The position numbers were made by a program, and so were the translations under genes. From positions 1-25,249 of the forward strand of contig CAYXAY010000009.1 of the NCBI GenBank assembly GCA_964463155.1: a stretch of DNA of 25,249 nt, given 5' to 3'. Source of the stretch: an uncultured archaeon (GTDB taxonomy: Archaea; Iainarchaeota; Iainarchaeia; Iainarchaeales; CSSED10-239). The notes under the pieces are model-generated. The model was not told the origin of the DNA. It saw only the letters and a list, made by a program, of their open reading frames with translations, and did not search any database. Positions within the stretch are counted from its first letter, which is position 1. Every line of letters starts with the position of its first letter. Of the stretch, positions 23,288 through 25,249 are shown in pieces.

Positions 23288-24646
23288 ATGTTTAAGAACA
23301 CAAAAAAGAATATTTTTGTTGATGAAAGCAACAAAATAAAAATTATTTCTAATAAAAATCTATTTTCTAAACTGGACAAGTCCGTTATAGGACAGCTTTA
23401 TTCCATTAAAAATTTTTCAAATATCCACGATTACATATATGGTTTTCCAGATCTTCAGATTGGTTTTGGAATGCCAATTGGCTCTGCGTTTGCAGTGGAT
23501 TTAAACAATAGTCCTATAATTTCTCCAAGAGCCATAGGTACAGACATCAATTGCGGTGTCAGATTAATAAGAACAGATATTTTTTCAAAAGACATAACAG
23601 AAAAACAATACAAAGAAATTGTTAATGCCTTTGAAAAACTAGTTACTGAAACAGGAACAAAGATTTCAAAACAAGATTTACTAGACATTTGTTATGAGGG
23701 TATTAAGTGGGCAGTAAAGCACGGTTATTCCAATAAGTTTGACAAGCTATACACAGACACCCAAGGTTGCTTTAAAGATGCAAACCCAAAATATCTTTCA
23801 AAGAAAGCAATGGATTTGGGTTTAAAGCAATTAGGGACTCTTGGGCAAGGAAATCACTTTATTGATCTTTTGGTTGTTGATAAGATTTTTGATAAAAATT
23901 TCTGCAAAGTCCATAAGATAAAAAAAGGACAAATAATGATAATGCTTCACACTGGTTCTCGTGGCTTTGGTTCACAAATAGCAAACGATTACATAAAAAA
24001 ATGCATTTACAAAAAACCAATGGAGCATTTTGATTTCAACTCCGCGCGTGGTCAGGAATATTACTTAAGCATGTGTTCAGCAGCAAACTATGCTTTTGTT
24101 AATAGAGCAATTTTAAGCCACAAGATAATTGAAATATTAAAAAACACACTAAATCTTGGACGAGACATCAATCCCCGCCTTCTTTACGATTTATCCCACA
24201 ACATCGCAAAGATAGAAGCAAGAGACAAGAAGCGTTTCTTAGTAACACGAAAAGGAGCAGTTAAATGCAAGGTTTCTGAAAGATTGTCTGAGCATTGTCC
24301 ATTCCAAGACACAGGGCCCCCAATAATTCTTCCAGGTTCAATGCGTGATGACACTTATGTTCTTTTGCCAACAGAAAAAGTAAGAAAAGAAAGCTTTTCA
24401 ACTCTTCCTCATGGCTGCGGAAGAACAATGTCAAGAAAGAATGCAAAAAATTTAGTTTCTGTAAATGATTTAAAAAAAGAGCTTCTAAAAAAAGGAATAT
24501 ATCTTTCAGGTCATTCTGAAAACATAATAAGAGAAGAAAATCCAAAAAGCTATAAGTCTTCAAAAGAGGTAGTTACTTCAATAGTTGATGCAAAGCTTTG
24601 CAAAAAAGCGTTTACCTTAAAACCAAAGCTTGTGATTACTGGCTAA
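23288..24646 (+). CDS. rtcB: RNA-splicing ligase RtcB (3'-phosphate/5'-hydroxyl tRNA ligase)
   Basis: 452 aa from the ATG at 23288. The track start at 23222 overlaps rps10 and the T8 tract. GTDINCGVRL, LGTLGQGNHFIDL, HTGSRGFG, LSHNIA and LPHGCGR match the RtcB metal-binding and guanylylation motifs. Confidence 0.9.
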   Translation: MFKNTKKNIFVDESNKIKIISNKNLFSKLDKSVIGQLYSIKNFSNIHDYIYGFPDLQIGFGMPIGSAFAVDLNNSPIISPRAIGTDINCGVRLIRTDIFSKDITEKQYKEIVNAFEKLVTETGTKISKQDLLDICYEGIKWAVKHGYSNKFDKLYTDTQGCFKDANPKYLSKKAMDLGLKQLGTLGQGNHFIDLLVVDKIFDKNFCKVHKIKKGQIMIMLHTGSRGFGSQIANDYIKKCIYKKPMEHFDFNSARGQEYYLSMCSAANYAFVNRAILSHKIIEILKNTLNLGRDINPRLLYDLSHNIAKIEARDKKRFLVTRKGAVKCKVSERLSEHCPFQDTGPPIILPGSMRDDTYVLLPTEKVRKESFSTLPHGCGRTMSRKNAKNLVSVNDLKKELLKKGIYLSGHSENIIREENPKSYKSSKEVVTSIVDAKLCKKAFTLKPKLVITG

Positions 24647-24657
24647 ATGTGATCAAT

Positions 24658-25091
24658 ATGCATGACATAACACTTCTTTCCTGCAAGTCAGGAGAACCTT
24701 TTGCAAACCAAATCTTGATTAGTCTTAATAAACTTCTTTCAAGTGATAATTTTCAAATAATTCTAACTCCGACTCAAGAAACAAGATTTGCAAACGATAC
24801 TGCAAGAAATTCAATACAGGATTATTTTTATGTTTCAATTGATTCTTGGAACGAATCTTATTATTCTACAAAACTTCTTGGCGCAGGAACCGATGGTAAT
24901 AGACATTGGAATTACATTGATGAGGACACAAAAAAATAGCACGCCGGATTATTGTTTCTCAAGGTCAAAATCAAAGCGGAAGTTTTGTAATCGGCACAAA
25001 CACTTACTCAAACAGAGTTGATTTTATTGCAACAGAACCAGGAATAATCTCAAGAACAAACGAACAACGGCGGACATGTAACTGCGACTAA
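24658..25091 (+). pseudogene. Possible decaying or frameshifted ribose-phosphate pyrophosphokinase (Prs)-like gene
   Basis: Frame 1 (24658-24939) begins like Prs: ITLLSCKSGEPFANQILISLNKLL...RFANDTARNSIQD, compared with the remembered ifsg.s..la..ia..lg...rFsdGE..v.i.e. Weaker Prs-like segments continue in the +1 frame (NLIILQ..QEPMVIDIGITLMR) and the +2 frame (ARRIIVSQGQNQSG..YSNRVDFIATEPG). No single frame stays open. Confidence 0.3.
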
Positions 25092-25249
25092 ACAGGATAA
25101 CCAGCAAAAGCAGGTAATCTTAAAAGTATTAACCTATAATTTAGAACATTTAAGCAGAAACAAAAAAGCAATTTCTTTTATAATATTGATATTGTAAAAG
25201 GATTTCTACAGAATCATTAAAATAAAAGATATAATTAACATTCTCCTTC

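Noticed and set aside
16443-24563. Other antisense or overlapping short ORFs (16443-16637, 16758-16970, 17590-17871, 19469-19711, 21139-21393, 21940-22146, 22071-22256, 22565-22792, 22572-22820, 23125-23379, 23455-23688, 24261-24563)
   Set aside because: All lie inside or against well-supported genes on the other strand or frame. None has a recognisable motif or a plausible start context.
24598-25021. ORFs 24598-24939 (from its first Met) and 24788-25021 as two independent genes
   Set aside because: The first 20 codons of the former overlap rtcB. The latter overlaps the former in another frame. I treat them together as frames of one possibly decayed gene, not as separate genes.

Overview
This is an AT-rich, tightly packed archaeal chromosome fragment. 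The archaeal markers are EF-1alpha followed by ribosomal protein S10, TFE-alpha, aTrm56, Taw3, Elp3, RtcB and an initiator tRNA with an A1:U72 pair. The small genes, overlapping gene ends and many secreted ORFans suggest a small-genome, DPANN-like archaeon, but that is inference only. I support 21 protein genes, 4 tRNAs (iMet, Lys-UUU, Lys-CUU, Phe-GAA), one probable decaying gene, two repeat arrays, and several promoter-like and terminator-like elements. The housekeeping content leans towards tRNA biology. There is also a bacterial-type mutS-mutL pair. Four regions deserve a second look. (1) Positions 1-1872 hold a very AT-rich convergent two-ORFan cassette. One side is bounded by a 22-bp tandem repeat that runs off the window edge. 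The other side is a phased array of the palindrome GTAATTAC, and the whole cassette abuts the 3' end of the initiator tRNA. It may be an iteron, origin or mobile-element remnant. (2) An elp3 - winged-helix - minimal CARF/SLOG-like Rossmannoid gene string sits directly upstream of a 1161-aa Cys-rich surface protein and its 388-aa partner. (3) A gene for a membrane-anchored coiled-coil protein with a transglutaminase-like Cys-His-Asp pattern overlaps a truncated NFACT-N (RqcH-like) gene. (4) A ribose-phosphate pyrophosphokinase-like remnant is spread over three reading frames at the 3' end. All functional calls rest on motif recognition by eye; I ran no database searches.
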